A DNA stretch of 62,893 bases, counting the filler, from Diploschistes diacapsis (lineage: Eukaryota), in NCBI GenBank assembly GCA_023645945.1. It is 10 parts of 10 records of this genome, joined end to end, with 100 filler letters (N's around TTAATTAATTAA, not from the genome) between each part and the next. Parts side by side here need not be neighbours in the genome. Positions count along the whole stretch, not along the records: positions 31,534 to 55,199 come from JALAIB010000258.1; positions 55,300 to 57,125 come from JALAIB010002580.1; positions 57,226 to 59,048 come from JALAIB010002581.1; positions 59,149 to 60,971 come from JALAIB010002582.1; positions 61,072 to 62,893 come from JALAIB010002583.1; 5 more parts are not named here. The stretch is one strand, 5' to 3'. The position numbers were made by a program, and so were the translations under genes. Shown here piece after piece: positions 49,645-61,832 of this stretch (its first letter is position 1; every line of letters begins with the position of its first letter). The notes under the pieces were generated by a model. The model made no database searches, was not told the origin of the DNA, and was given only the letters and a program-made list of their open reading frames with translations.

Positions 49645-52134
49645 TGGTGCATCGTTAAGGCGCGGTGTGCGCGATATCAGGGGACAGCAAATGCTGTTAT
49701 TATGAAGGAGAAGGACGAAAAATGCAGTGCACTAGCTGGACTTGAGACAGCCGTGGAAAAGCTTCACTCAGCTCAAATTGCATGAATACGCACATGCATT
49801 ACCCTCATGGCAATCTTCGGAGGTCCATCTGGATTGTCTGGGTCCCGAGTCAAGTAAACCACAAGATCCTTCTTCATCATCATGATGCTCTCGCATGCGA
49901 CTGTCAAGTACTTTCCCGCCATTTCAAGCAGCGCCCGGACTTGCGACGAGCGCTCGACTCCTAAATAGCACCTTTCGAGCACCCCGTACTGCTCAACAAT
50001 GCAAGTCCACCGCTTGACTAAATTTGATCACGGGAGAAGTCTGCGCGGATGCAACACTTCAGATCATTGCCATGGAAAAGCGGCTTGGGCTTGCGCGTCC
50101 CTTTGATCAAGCCTTTCCCCTGTTCCGATATTTCTGTCACCTACTGAGCCGGGCTAGAGGTTTGACCTGGCATCAATCATATGGAAAAAGGTACGCATCG
50201 AACTTCCCAAGTATATTTCTCAAGTACTAGCCTCTCAGAATGCTTCTCGAAGCTGGTGTAGAAGCGGCTGGGCGTTTTGAAGATAATCCTCGACTGGGTC
50301 TCGAGGAACGTTTCCCATCTTCGTCTCGAATCCTCCCACTGTGAGAATCTATGTAAAATCGAACAAATTATTTAAAAGTTTCTCGCCGGGGCAGAGTAAA
50401 CCTTAGGAAGTGTGGGCTCATCAAGAAGCTGTTTCGGAAAGGAATCCACAGATTGACCCAGTAACCTCTTCTTTGCCAGTGAGAGCGGAACAAAGTTACT
50501 CTGTGAACCATGCAAGATGCAAACTTTCGGCCTCTCTCCACAGCATCAACCGTGATTTTGCCATTCGGTGCATACCCGCCCTGAAGAGCCACCGCTCGCC
50601 TTTCATCTGGATTTAAGTCGGGAGAGACGGTTGAAAAGCATGATGACTCAAGAAGGGATTGAAGACATAGAGACGACTGAACCAAAGGCTGGGGAGTTGT
50701 AGCTGCCTTTATAACGACAGACAGCATCTTTGCCGCTGCATGTTGGCCATAACAGCGACCGAGACGTTCTGAGATGTCCTGAGGTCGACAACATCCTTCG
50801 GGGCGGCGAGGTGGAACTGCGCGCACACTAACCACAATTTTGAGCTGCGTGAGGTGTTCTTACCTAGGATATACTGGGTACCATGCAGGTGTTGCTGGTC
50901 AGGGTAGGTAGGTAGACTGCGACGGTGTGGAAATTTGCTTTTTTTTTGTAAGCAGTGCTGCATATTCTAGATCTCCAAGGAACGTTACATGGATAATAGC
51001 CCCTTGATCAAAATTCCTGTATTTTCAATCCTCATTCCTTGGGGGGGTGCCAGTTGTAAGGCTTATTGTTCCTCTTGCGCTGTCCTATGGCTGACGATGG
51101 TTCTGGTGCGCATACATCACTTCTACTTCGTGACCCATGTTTAGACAATTAATATTAACGAAACTAGTTAATCGTTAATACTTTGTAGACTCCTCAGAGT
51201 GGTATTAATCCACTCATTTAAATTATATCCATCTGCGCATCCTCCCGTGTCGTAGATGACGGTGGTGGAACACAGTTGCAGACACAAATTTGGAGGCTGA
51301 GGCTCCAAATGCAAGGTCGACACGTTTTTCTGTTAGCCAGCGATCATCCTATTATACCCACGGCATCATCAGAAAGCTTCTCAATTCCGGCTTAGAAACC
51401 GACATGCATCAAGCATTGCAGGACATGCCGATTGTTGTCGTCGCTGTTGCTTCTGAACCCGACATGGAAGCTGAATGCATTTCTGGCAATTGAATGCGCA
51501 GAATTCATGGGAATCGCTGGTGCCGGCGCTACGAACAAGCCTCCCAAAGCCTAGTATTGTATGGCCAAACCAACGCCTCGATCTGACTCGCCCAGTTTCC
51601 CCCTATCGGTCCCTACTTGCATATCAGGCCAGTTGGAAATACCCCTTGCGGGTCGTTATCCGGAATTGCTCGAACCAGAGAAGGCTCGTATCTTGATGAT
51701 TGATTGTCTAAACACCGCCTCCGCTTCAGCCAACTTCAGCCTCGTCCAGCACCGAATAAGCTGTGCTGGCCCGTGTCTGTCTTACTTTGGAACCTTCTCC
51801 TCCTTCCCGGAGTGACGACCGACAGCAAACCTGTGTAACTTTATGTGCCTTGTGCTGCAACCTAATAAGTTTGAAGTCATCCTTCACCATTTGGAACTTA
51901 CAATCTCAATCCACTACTAATGAATCGTTCATGCTTACTTCCCTAGCTTCTGTTTCTCTCAGAAGGTTGTGAAGTTGGACCTGTTATTCAACTCCCTCTG
52001 TGCGGTAATCTCGCCTTTTTCTTTACCTCAGCCTTTCGCTTGGCCCTATGAGGCTTACCAAACCGCCATGCTCTGATCAGTTGCTTTCGAGTCGTCTCCC
52101 TCCAAGTTTTGTATCCTTTCTGTAGCTTGCAGAC

Positions 52135-55100
52135 ATGGACGGCGGGCAAAGAGATGAACACTGGCTGAAGATCAGGCGTATGGCCAGCCTGAGTGCGCGT
52201 GGTGGGAAGAGCGCACAGGCGCACACCTTCGAAACTCCGCCGTCACCGCTGTTGCTTCCTCTCAAGGACGATACTTCGCCATATCTTGGCAGTCCCGACA
52301 CCGAAAGGCTTTGGGCGTCGTCGCCAGGAACACAACAACCAAACCGGTATGAGCAGCGACAGACGTTCAGTTTCTCTGGCATATCGACGCCACTTCTGTT
52401 CGCCCTATCCATTTACTCGACCCTTCTCTCCTGCGTCTGGTTCCTGATAGCAGTCATCAAGCCCCATTACAACATGTTCATCAGCGAGATTGGAGGCACC
52501 ATCAGTCCGAGTACTGCGTCGACAATCGTGGCCGGAACGGCAAAGACCATCGAATTGTCTTTCATCACAGTTGCCATTACCTGCCTGGGCCAATTCTTCA
52601 CTAAGCAAGCTTTCAATGGAGCGTCTCCCGGTATCTCTCTGGCGGATATCCAACTCAAGACAATGATTGTACAGCCCGGGTCTTTGTTGACCCAGTGGCG
52701 AAGCTACGCTCAGATCTGGAGATCCGTGATCGGACTTCTCGCTCTCCTGGCTTGTCTAACAGCGGTGCTGTATACCACCGCTAGTGACGCCCTGGGTATG
52801 TGCTGCGGCATTGAGCCCCTTTGCAACAGAACCAACCTAAGCAACTTTTGCTGACAACGCACAGTAACACCCGTCCCGAGTCTCCATCCTGCAGTCACCA
52901 TGTCCCTCGTATCTTCAGTTCGCACTTCCATAGCAAACCTCTACTATTTGGAAGGAAACTGCAAAACACCGTTTTTCCAAAACGATCCCCTCTATGCTGG
53001 TGGCGCTTGCCTTGCGGTGGAAGGTGCGGGTTCTGCGTAAGTTAAACACTTCTTTACCTTGCTATTACCAGACTAACGGCGTGCCTGCAGCTATCACACG
53101 TTCATGGCGTATTTGACAAGTTGGAATCAGTCAACTGCATCAGGAGCCAGCGTTCCGCTAGCAAAGCGGCCGCTTCCGATAGCACAAATAAACGACAATG
53201 TTACAGTTCAAGGGAGTTGGGTAGAACCTATCAGCGTATTCTCTCGGGACTCCAGGGTAGTGAGCAATGTCTCCATGGTCTTACCTCACGCTGGCCTTAT
53301 TGCTGCCTCGGCCCTTGCAAACAATGGCCTCCTCCAGGTTAACGCTGCTAACGTAAGTCGCCCTTACTTTATTCCTACAAGCCTTTGCTTACGAGCGGCT
53401 ACAGACTGCTGCCGAACTGGACGTCGATGCTCAAACCGTACTGCCTGTAATGAACGTGCTATGTGCCACCAGCAACGCGAGCGACTTGCTTCCTCTTTCC
53501 TACAAGAACTTTACTAACGCAAGCCCGAACATTACTACAAACAATTGGCCGTTCGGCTTCGATTCGGCCGGCTGGCGCAACGAAACGGTCTTCGACGGGA
53601 TCTTTAACTTCAGTAGCTCACGCCCTCCCCCACTCTTTTATAAACTTCCCATGGTGTACAACACCATACTCAATGACTCTGGAGCCTACCCGGACGCACT
53701 GTACATTCTCTCGAATTCCAACATCTCCTCCCCTCAGCCCTACACTTTGTGCTCCTTGTCCATGACCGTCCGTTCCGGCTGCTCGACCAAATACCGCTCT
53801 CGAGTCTCAGGATCGCTCCTCAGCTCTGACTGTAGCCCTGGCAACCCCATGGCCTACATTCCCACCCCCGCAAACAATGGCTCAACCTGGATGCGCAACC
53901 GCGATTGGGTCTCCGTTGCCTCAGACTGGGCATTAGCCACCTCCCTGCATGGTGGCATTTCCGACACGAATGCCTCGACTTCGCGTGTTGTAACGGAATT
54001 TGCCTCGAACAACGACACGCTGAGCCCCTACCGTGCCACTCTTCCCGAGGTCCTTGCCATCCTCGCTTCCAACACCCTCCTCACCTCCACAACAGACGCC
54101 GCCTTTGACGGTGAGTGGCCCTTCTCCAAGGAGATCGCGCCAACCAACGTCCTGGCAAACCCCACTCTGGAATCCTTCACCGCCAACGTTCAAATATCAG
54201 ACTACGCATCGGGTGGCTCGGCACCGTGGCAGAACGTCTTCGTTCTCATCCTCATTCCCTTGTTCCTGCTCAACTGCCTCTGTCTTGCGTACCTGGTCTA
54301 CATCACCCTGCCCCAGCGCTGGCTTCCGAAAGGGCACTACGTCCATCTTCATCGACGCAGCGTACGGGGTGAGGAGGACACGTATAGCACACAGCCGCTA
54401 CAGCACTATCACCCGTATCTTCACGCCGGCGTACAGCGCGACTTTACAGACTTACAGAATCTCTTCACCCTAGCCCTTGGCACTGCCGAGCCGAGAGAGG
54501 GCAGCCTCATGAAGGGAACGGGCGGGGGGACATGGCCCAAACCCCACAATGAAGGAAACCCCAACCCCGGCGCAAGGACATGGTTCCTAAACCGCAGCAC
54601 CCTCCATCCAGGCATCCAGGCCGAGCGAGAGGAACGCTACAGACTGCTAGCCACGAAATGGCACATCAAAGAAAAACCCCCGGCGCGCCCCTTGCAAGAC
54701 GACAGTGCAGGCCTGGGACTAGGAATGGGACTGGACAGCAGCGTCGAGGGAACGCCCAACCTCGACGGCGGCCTCTCGAGGAACATGTACGGCCACACCG
54801 GCTACTTCGGCGCCGGCAGCTACCACAGCAGTCCGGGCACAGGCGCAGCGCCGGGCACGAAAGGATACCATATCGTCATCGACGGCGAGGAGGGCGGGCA
54901 GCAGCACCATTTCCGACGGAGAGGATCTTCAAACGCACACATGATCACGAACGCGCGGGCAAAGATATACGGGGAGGCAGGAAAAGAAAGAGTGCGCGGC
55001 CGGTTCGAGAAGTATCTCAGTCCACGAAGCCAGAGCTTTCCGCTGCCGAGTACAGGAAAGGAGCACTCGCCGAGCACCTCGGTCGAGGGCGGTAACGCGG

Positions 55101-55199
55101 ACGTGGCCCGGGAACGGCACATCTCCGGCCCCATAACCGTGCAGAACTCCGTCGGCATCGAGCCGACCCATGCGCCTGCCCACGTCCACACCGCCGACC
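52135..55199 (+). CDS. Uncharacterised fungal membrane glycoprotein, 3'-truncated by the contig end
   Basis: Four exons (approx. 52135-52795, 52865-53036, 53091-53352, 53405-55199) with canonical splice sites. N-terminal TM helices (LSIYSTLLSCVWFLIAV, AKTIELSFITV, LYTTASDAL), many NxS/T sites and a late TM helix (WQNVFVLILIPLFLLNCLCLAYL). Confidence 0.8.
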
Positions 55200-55299
55200 N
55201 NNNNNNNNNNNNNNNNNNNNNNNNNNNNNNNNNNNNNNNNNNNTTAATTAATTAANNNNNNNNNNNNNNNNNNNNNNNNNNNNNNNNNNNNNNNNNNNN

Positions 55300-57125
55300 A
55301 TATCGTAGGACCTAGAACGCTTATTCGTCGCCATTAACGTCGCCTTCGACGGGCCGTTAGTCCTTATATTCTTATTTTATTTTTTCCGTTGTCTTTTTTC
55401 GCTTTTCGATATCGTTTTTCGATCTATACGTCTTTCCCGACGATCTCGTCGCGTAACGGAAACGTTTCTTCGTCGTGAATAAGAAACTTATATTTTTCGT
55501 CGCGTAATAAACTATTTTATAATTTTTCGTCGATAACGTTTAATTTTTTTAAAATTATTATAAAACGACGAAAACTTTTCGATATCGCCGATAACGAAAG
55601 AAATAAATTATCGATTTATACGTCGTCAATTTTAATAAAAAAAAAAGATAACCCAAGACGCGTTAAAATATAAAATAATAATTAAAACTATTTATATATT
55701 TAACGACGACGTCGTTTTATCGCGCATTCGTAAATACGTCGACGTTTACGTCGATAATTTTAAAAAGATCGACCGCGTTAAAATCTCGAATATTTTTATA
55801 AATCTCGCGGCTCGATAAATTTCTTTAAACTTTTTAATCGCCGATATCGCTCGATAATTTCGCGGTATCGACGATTCCGATCTTCGTACCGCTATTAAAA
55901 CCGCCGACGATAAATAATTTTCTTATCACGATATCCGTAACGCCGGCGCCGTTTATCTTAAAACGCATCCGAATACGAAAAAAAAAAACGCGAAAACCGA
56001 CTAAAAAAATAACGAAAAATTACGTTATAATTCTTACTAATGTTCCGGAACAAAAACGACGCGCCGATATAAAAAATTATTAATATCGAAACCCGTCGCG
56101 ATAACGATATTTCTTTTCTCGATCTCGTCTTCGCGAAACGCGCGAGATTCGATATTCTTCGCCGCCGTAATCGTCTCGTTTTAATAAACGCGACCTATAA
56201 TATTAACCGCCTAAAATAACGGTTATTCATCTTTATAATCCGATATAAAATCGCGCGTTAATTTTTCGTCGCGTATATATTAATACCGAAAAAAAACGGC
56301 GACGTCGTCGTTATTAAATTCCGTCAAATAAATTTATTTTTCGTCGAAAGATCTTACGTTTCTTAATAATAAATCGATTAATAATCCGTAAATTCGACGC
56401 TAATACGTTTTCCGATAAAATCTTTAATAAATATTAACGGACGACTTTACCGTCGAATAACGCGTCGTTCGTTTCGCCTTTCTCCCGATCGTCGAAAAAA
56501 CGGAAATTTTATATTTTTTATACCGGATCTATTTATAAAAAATTTTAAATCGCCGTTTCTCGAAATTTAATTTAAAATACGCCGTTTTCCGCCGTTATAT
56601 TATAACGATCTTTTATAATAAAAAGACCCGGGAGAAATACGAACGAAAAATGAACGTTACGATTAACGCCGCTCTTATTCGCGACGATAAAATTTATTTA
56701 AAAAAAAAATAACGGACCCGAACGAAGATATAAAAACATTACGCTCGATATTCTTACTCGATCCTTTTTTAAACCTCCGATACCAATAACGTCGAAATTT
56801 AATATTAAATCTTAAAATACGGGTAAACCGTTAAAATATCCGAATAAAACCTCGCCGGTCTAATAAAACGCCTCGTATCTTATATTCGAAAATACGACTT
56901 ACGAACGGAACGAACGGAACTAAAATTCCGTTCCGTATATATAACGTAATACTTATTTTAATTCGAAATACGCGCGTTACTCGCCTCCATCTAAAAACTT
57001 TACGTTAAAGAATTAAAAAAAATAATAAAACGTTTAAAAACCGAACGTTTAATTCGCGCGCTCGTCGACGCTATTCGTTACGATTATTTATTTTAACGAA
57101 GCTATCAATTCCCCTATAAACATAT
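55300..57125 (+). mobile_element. Heavily RIP-mutated MULE (Mutator-like) transposase remnant
   Basis: ~56175-56330 reads LVLINATYNINRLK*RLFIFIIR...FFVAYILIPKKNGDVV, which reverts by transitions to the MULE core LxxDATHNTNxLxWxLFTLMVR. Confidence 0.65.
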
Positions 57126-57225
57126 NNNNNNNNNNNNNNNNNNNNNNNNNNNNNNNNNNNNNNNNNNNNTTAATTAATTAANNNNNNNNNNNNNNNNNNN
57201 NNNNNNNNNNNNNNNNNNNNNNNNN

Positions 57226-58574
57226 CATCCGGCCTTTATAACATGCATAAAAATATGCCGTATTTCTTTAAAGCAGCGATTTAGGTTATTAAACTTGAGG
57301 TTATTTCTAACGCGTTAATAAAGAAGAGAAGATGGACGGATCTTTTAATTATAAAAGAATCAATAAAGATTTTTCGACCGAAAATTAAGAATGTTTATTT
57401 CCGAAAATGGATTACGAAAATAACCTTAGCGCTGAAGCAACATTTCATTATCATTCGGTTAGCGGAATATAGCCTATATAATCCTATTAAAAAGAGCTTC
57501 TTTGGGACAATAAGAAGTAAAAAAATGGGTTATTAGGAAATAAGGAGGTTTGCTCCTCCTCCTAACGAGAATAAGGAGAAAGAAGAGGACGAGAACGACG
57601 AAAAGGAGCTCGATCCGGCTGATAACCTGGATCTAAGTGTAGAAGAAATGGGAACATTGCGAATAAAAGAGGAAGAATAGGAGGAAAGATTTACGAATAT
57701 TAGCGGTATTATCTTCTTAAAAAAGAAGATTAATAGCTTAAAGAAAAACGAAGCCGTTTCGATCGAAGGTTATATAACTAGAAATCGGGTACAAGCGTCA
57801 GCATCATAGGACCCTAAGGGCTTATAATAAGATGAAAATATTATTTACTTACTTAATATTTTCTTGTTAATAGATTTTTTATGTGATTAATCTTCCCGCT
57901 TGATGCTTTCTTGCTTGCTTATTATTTATATATTAACCTGCTTGCCTGCTGTTTTGCTTACTTACCTACTACTACCTGCTCGAGAGAAATAACGAAAGAA
58001 AAGATAAAAGAAAGGAAAGGGAAGGACGTGCTATTAATTATACCTGTTAAGCGGAATATTTACGGATGATGTAAATACGATCGGAAATAAAGATATCTTT
58101 AGATAAGTACCGTTCTTCTGTTTAATTATGTTTGGAAGAGTAAAATATAAAAAGATAAATCCAAAAGCACGATTACGTCGAGGAAGGAGCATTAAAAATG
58201 ATAAACTTCTAGGTATTTTAATTGCCGGAAAAGTATAGAACTATATTAAGATATAAAGTTAACGGGATAAAGATTTCCTATTAAAGAACCTTATATAGAA
58301 TTCGCTATAAGACAACGAACTATTAAAGGGGGGGTCGTATATAAACATAAAAGTAGGCAATAGACTTGATAAGGATAGTCCCTACAGGACAGCTCTATTT
58401 AAAGAAGTCTGTTAAGTAGTTCTAGACAATCAATGCATCCTATATCTCATAAATGTCCTATCTAAGTATGCTGTTGACTACGAGATCACACTACATTCCT
58501 TTATTACACCACCTACGACTACCAACCTACTACAGCAAGGGAAGTCTCCCTAGACAGCGCGCCTTGTGTTTATA
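57226..58574 (+). mobile_element. RIP-mutated dispersed repeat, copy 2 (homologue of 27677-29006)
   Basis: Colinear similarity and an identical ~50-nt terminus. Confidence 0.8.
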
Positions 58575-59339
58575 GTAAGAATCGAATTTAATATCTTTTT
58601 TAATATGATATAATATATTTTTTATATTAAAGAGCTTGCTCGTATCGATATCTTCATAGAATCGATGTTTCGATTTAGATATATTAATATAATAAATTTG
58701 ATAAAGGTTTTTTTTAATTGTTTAAAGATCAAAATTTCTTTTTCCGTAAGTTCTTTCAGTTTCTACTTCTTCGTTGTAGATTTGCGTCTGTTTCTTTAAA
58801 CAGGATTTCTGGACTTCTGGTTCCGGGACTTGAGTTTTTGGTTAAGTATGGTTTTGCGTTTTTTAAGCGGTTCGACTATCGTAATATAATAAGAAACGTA
58901 TTTACGTATATAATTTATTAAATCGATATAGAAATTTAGTTACGATAAGATTGTTGGAAAATTAAGTTCCGTGATTATTTTGAGTTTGTTTTCGGACGTA
59001 ATCAATCTAAATCTATTTATTTTTTGATTTAATAATTTTATAGAAGGGNNNNNNNNNNNNNNNNNNNNNNNNNNNNNNNNNNNNNNNNNNNNTTAATTAA
59101 TTAANNNNNNNNNNNNNNNNNNNNNNNNNNNNNNNNNNNNNNNNNNNNAATATAAATCATTCCTTATAATTTTCCTTGCTCAATACTAAAGCTACTTTTT
59201 ATTTATTTATAATATCTTTTATGATTACAGTTTTCGTAAACAAAGAAGATTGATATAATAAATAAATCGTAGTTGATAAATCGTTAATAAATGGAACAGA
59301 GAGGTGTGAGTTTTCTACTAAAGAAGTGAAAATAATCGA

Positions 59340-59944
59340 GTAAGTTCAGCGAGTTCAGCTGAACTTCGATGCTTGTCTAGAATGGTCGAATGAATGCAGC
59401 AATAGAACTCTGCTGGATTTCGATGATTATCGAGGAAAAGAATTTTCGGGTGTCAACTAAATAAACCTAAACTCAGGTCCTAAACTTTAACTTAATTCAA
59501 CCAATTTAGCTCTCTTAGAGCAGCGTAGTCGGTGTTCGCGTTTTATTGATAAATAATTTAACTTCTACTTTAGATCTAATTATTCTAAAATATTATAATT
59601 TAGATCTTAAGCTTTTAAGATTTCTTTAATTTAACTTATAATAAATAACGTAATTAAATCCCGTAATCGTAACGATAACACCTGCCCAGAAACATTACTT
59701 TCAATATATAAACGCGACAGGATAATAAATTAATTCGAGATTATAATCTATTAAATAACGCATATATTAAAATCTAAATATCTAAAAATTTAATTAAAAA
59801 ATAATCTATATACAAGTTCTTATACCGATAGGATCTATTAAGCCCTATAGAACTTACATTACTCCCGATTAGGATTAACAAGAACCCCAGTAGGTTCAGC
59901 TGAACTGAACCTGAACCTGAGGTTCAGCTGAACTTCCCAGCCAT
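59340..59944. mobile_element. DNA-transposon-like end with repeated palindromic GTTCAGCTGAAC / CTGAAC subterminal motifs
   Basis: GTTCAGCTGAAC at ~59352, ~59894 and ~59922, ending in CCCAGCCATG, within RIP-like DNA. Confidence 0.45.
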
Positions 59945-60173
59945 GCATTCTGCCTGCCTGCTCAACATAATCAACTATTTCCTACCGAAATAAATTAGTA
60001 GATAGATAGAATTACCGTTCTTCCGTTTTATTTATAGAAAGTAAAATAGATTTTAAGGTTTTTTACTTATCACGTGATCAGCGTTACTATAATTAGACTA
60101 TATATAATGAATGATTGGGTTAGGCCCGATCAGCTGTGAAGTGCCAAGTGGCTACCACTTAATCACTTGGATC

Positions 60174-60971
60174 GTAACACAGATCAGCCCAGGCGTGCCA
60201 AGCCACCGGGGTCACGTGACGGCAGGGTCACGTGACGTGTACCAACCGTGCCAAGGATGTTAGGGGGTGGCTGTGTAGGCAGGTAGAACCCGAACCCCGT
60301 AGGGCTGGCACCCACACACTATTTATTCCTGCCACCCTCCCATTTAGATAGTTTCTTCTCTAGCTTTTCGAATCGAGACCTTTTACCTACAGATGCCCAG
60401 CTCCACGTAATCTCACCGGATCAGGCCCAGCCCCCGGTAGTGTAGTATCCCATTCCTGCGCTGGCGTTTCAAAACGCCTAAATTCTATCATTCGTCTTCG
60501 AGGTTATCTAGATATACTACTTTACAACCATTGTCTGTTTTTTCACGATTATATCAGAATATCTTCTATTTCCGTTAAATACGTTCGCTATATTAAATCT
60601 AATAAAAAGGATTATATTTTTATTATTTAAAAGATAATTAAACGAATTATCCTTTCGAAACGAGAAGAGATCGATAAGGATAAAAAGCTTGTTAACGAGG
60701 ATAATAAATAAGAAAAAAAAACTAAAAAAATAACTTCGTAAAATTAAAGATCGTCGTCTTTAACGTAAACGTCACATTCGCCGTAACCGAAAGATTTTTA
60801 AATTAACGGAAGGTCGTATTAACAAATAAGCGCGTTATTTGACGAAGAAATTAGATTTAGAATCGTTCGAGGCATATATCAACGTTTAAAAAGATTTATT
60901 ATTAGAATTCGATCTAGAATTATTTAAATTAACGATAATATCGCCGGGTCAATTAACTGGATCTTAAAAGA
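60174..60971 (+). mobile_element. LTR related to the Gypsy LTR family (shared core, different 5' repeats) plus RIP-mutated downstream sequence
   Basis: TTAGGGGGTGGCTGTGTAG...CCCGAACCCCG...CTTTTCGAATCGAGACCTTTTACCTACAGATG...AGCCCCCGG aligns with 24940-25000 and with the reverse complement of 32040-32245. Confidence 0.7.
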
Positions 60972-61249
60972 NNNNNNNNNNNNNNNNNNNNNNNNNNNNN
61001 NNNNNNNNNNNNNNNTTAATTAATTAANNNNNNNNNNNNNNNNNNNNNNNNNNNNNNNNNNNNNNNNNNNNGGTAACGAATATAAATTAATCTCGAGTAA
61101 TAATTAAGGATGTTTATGAAAGTAAACACGTTAGAATTTATAAGAATTATAACGGGCGGCGTTATATACTTAGCGCTGTTTAAATCAAATAAACGAAGGT
61201 TTAATTCGTTTATCTAAACCGTTTAAACAGAAGTTTAGTTCGTTTAGAT

Positions 61250-61832
61250 GTTACGTGACCCGTGTTACCGTGATTGGTCTATATATAAAGAAAAGCTGGG
61301 ACGTGTTAAGTAGGTTATTAGGTAGCTACTTGGATCGTAATACTTGGCCCGTAACAGCCATTTTTTATGTAATTAACCAGTCGCGGTGACACGGGTCACG
61401 TGACGAGTAGTTAGCGATAATTATTTAATTATTTTTGGGATTGAGATCTATTATATAAAGGACGTCGCTATGGCTTTTATAAATTTTGGCGTGTTTAGAT
61501 CTTATGCTATCTTATTAAAATAAATTAATATTATATTGATTTTTTTTATCAATTTGCATTTTTTTTCGAGATAATTTAATTTATATATTGATTTATTTTA
61601 TTTGATTCCCTTTAATATTCTTTTTGCGCTACGAGTTAAATCTTTAATTAATATCTCGTGTCTACCTTGTGGAGATAGAGATTATAACATACTTCTTCCA
61701 CCCCTTTCATCCCTTTTTCTGACCTTTCTTCCTTTTCCCAGCCCTCCTGTTAAGATCCTAGGTTCCTACCCAGTCACGTAACAGCTATTCCTTGTATATA
61801 AGACCAATCAGGGTGACACAGGTCACATGTGT
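61250..61832. repeat. ~55-bp imperfect inverted repeat pair (61250-61305 / 61776-61832) with a partial third copy at ~61376-61404
   Basis: ACGTGACCCGTGTTACCGTGATTGGTCTATATATAAAGAAAAGCTG versus reverse complement ATGTGACCTGTGTCACCCTGATTGGTCTTATATACAAGGAATAGCTG. Confidence 0.65.

Larger units (their letters stand above)
38591..50991 (+). mobile_element. Putative derelict Starship element (boundaries tentative)
   Basis: A captain-like recombinase is the first gene, followed by nuclease-fold accessory genes and a transporter; GTTACATG direct repeat at 38591-38598 and 50984-50991. Confidence 0.5.

Noticed and set aside
49773..50963. Minus-strand ORF fragments as a Spok-like kinase/antidote partner
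   Set aside because: Looks like a decayed gene, but I found no kinase or other diagnostic motif; needs tBLASTn/HHpred.
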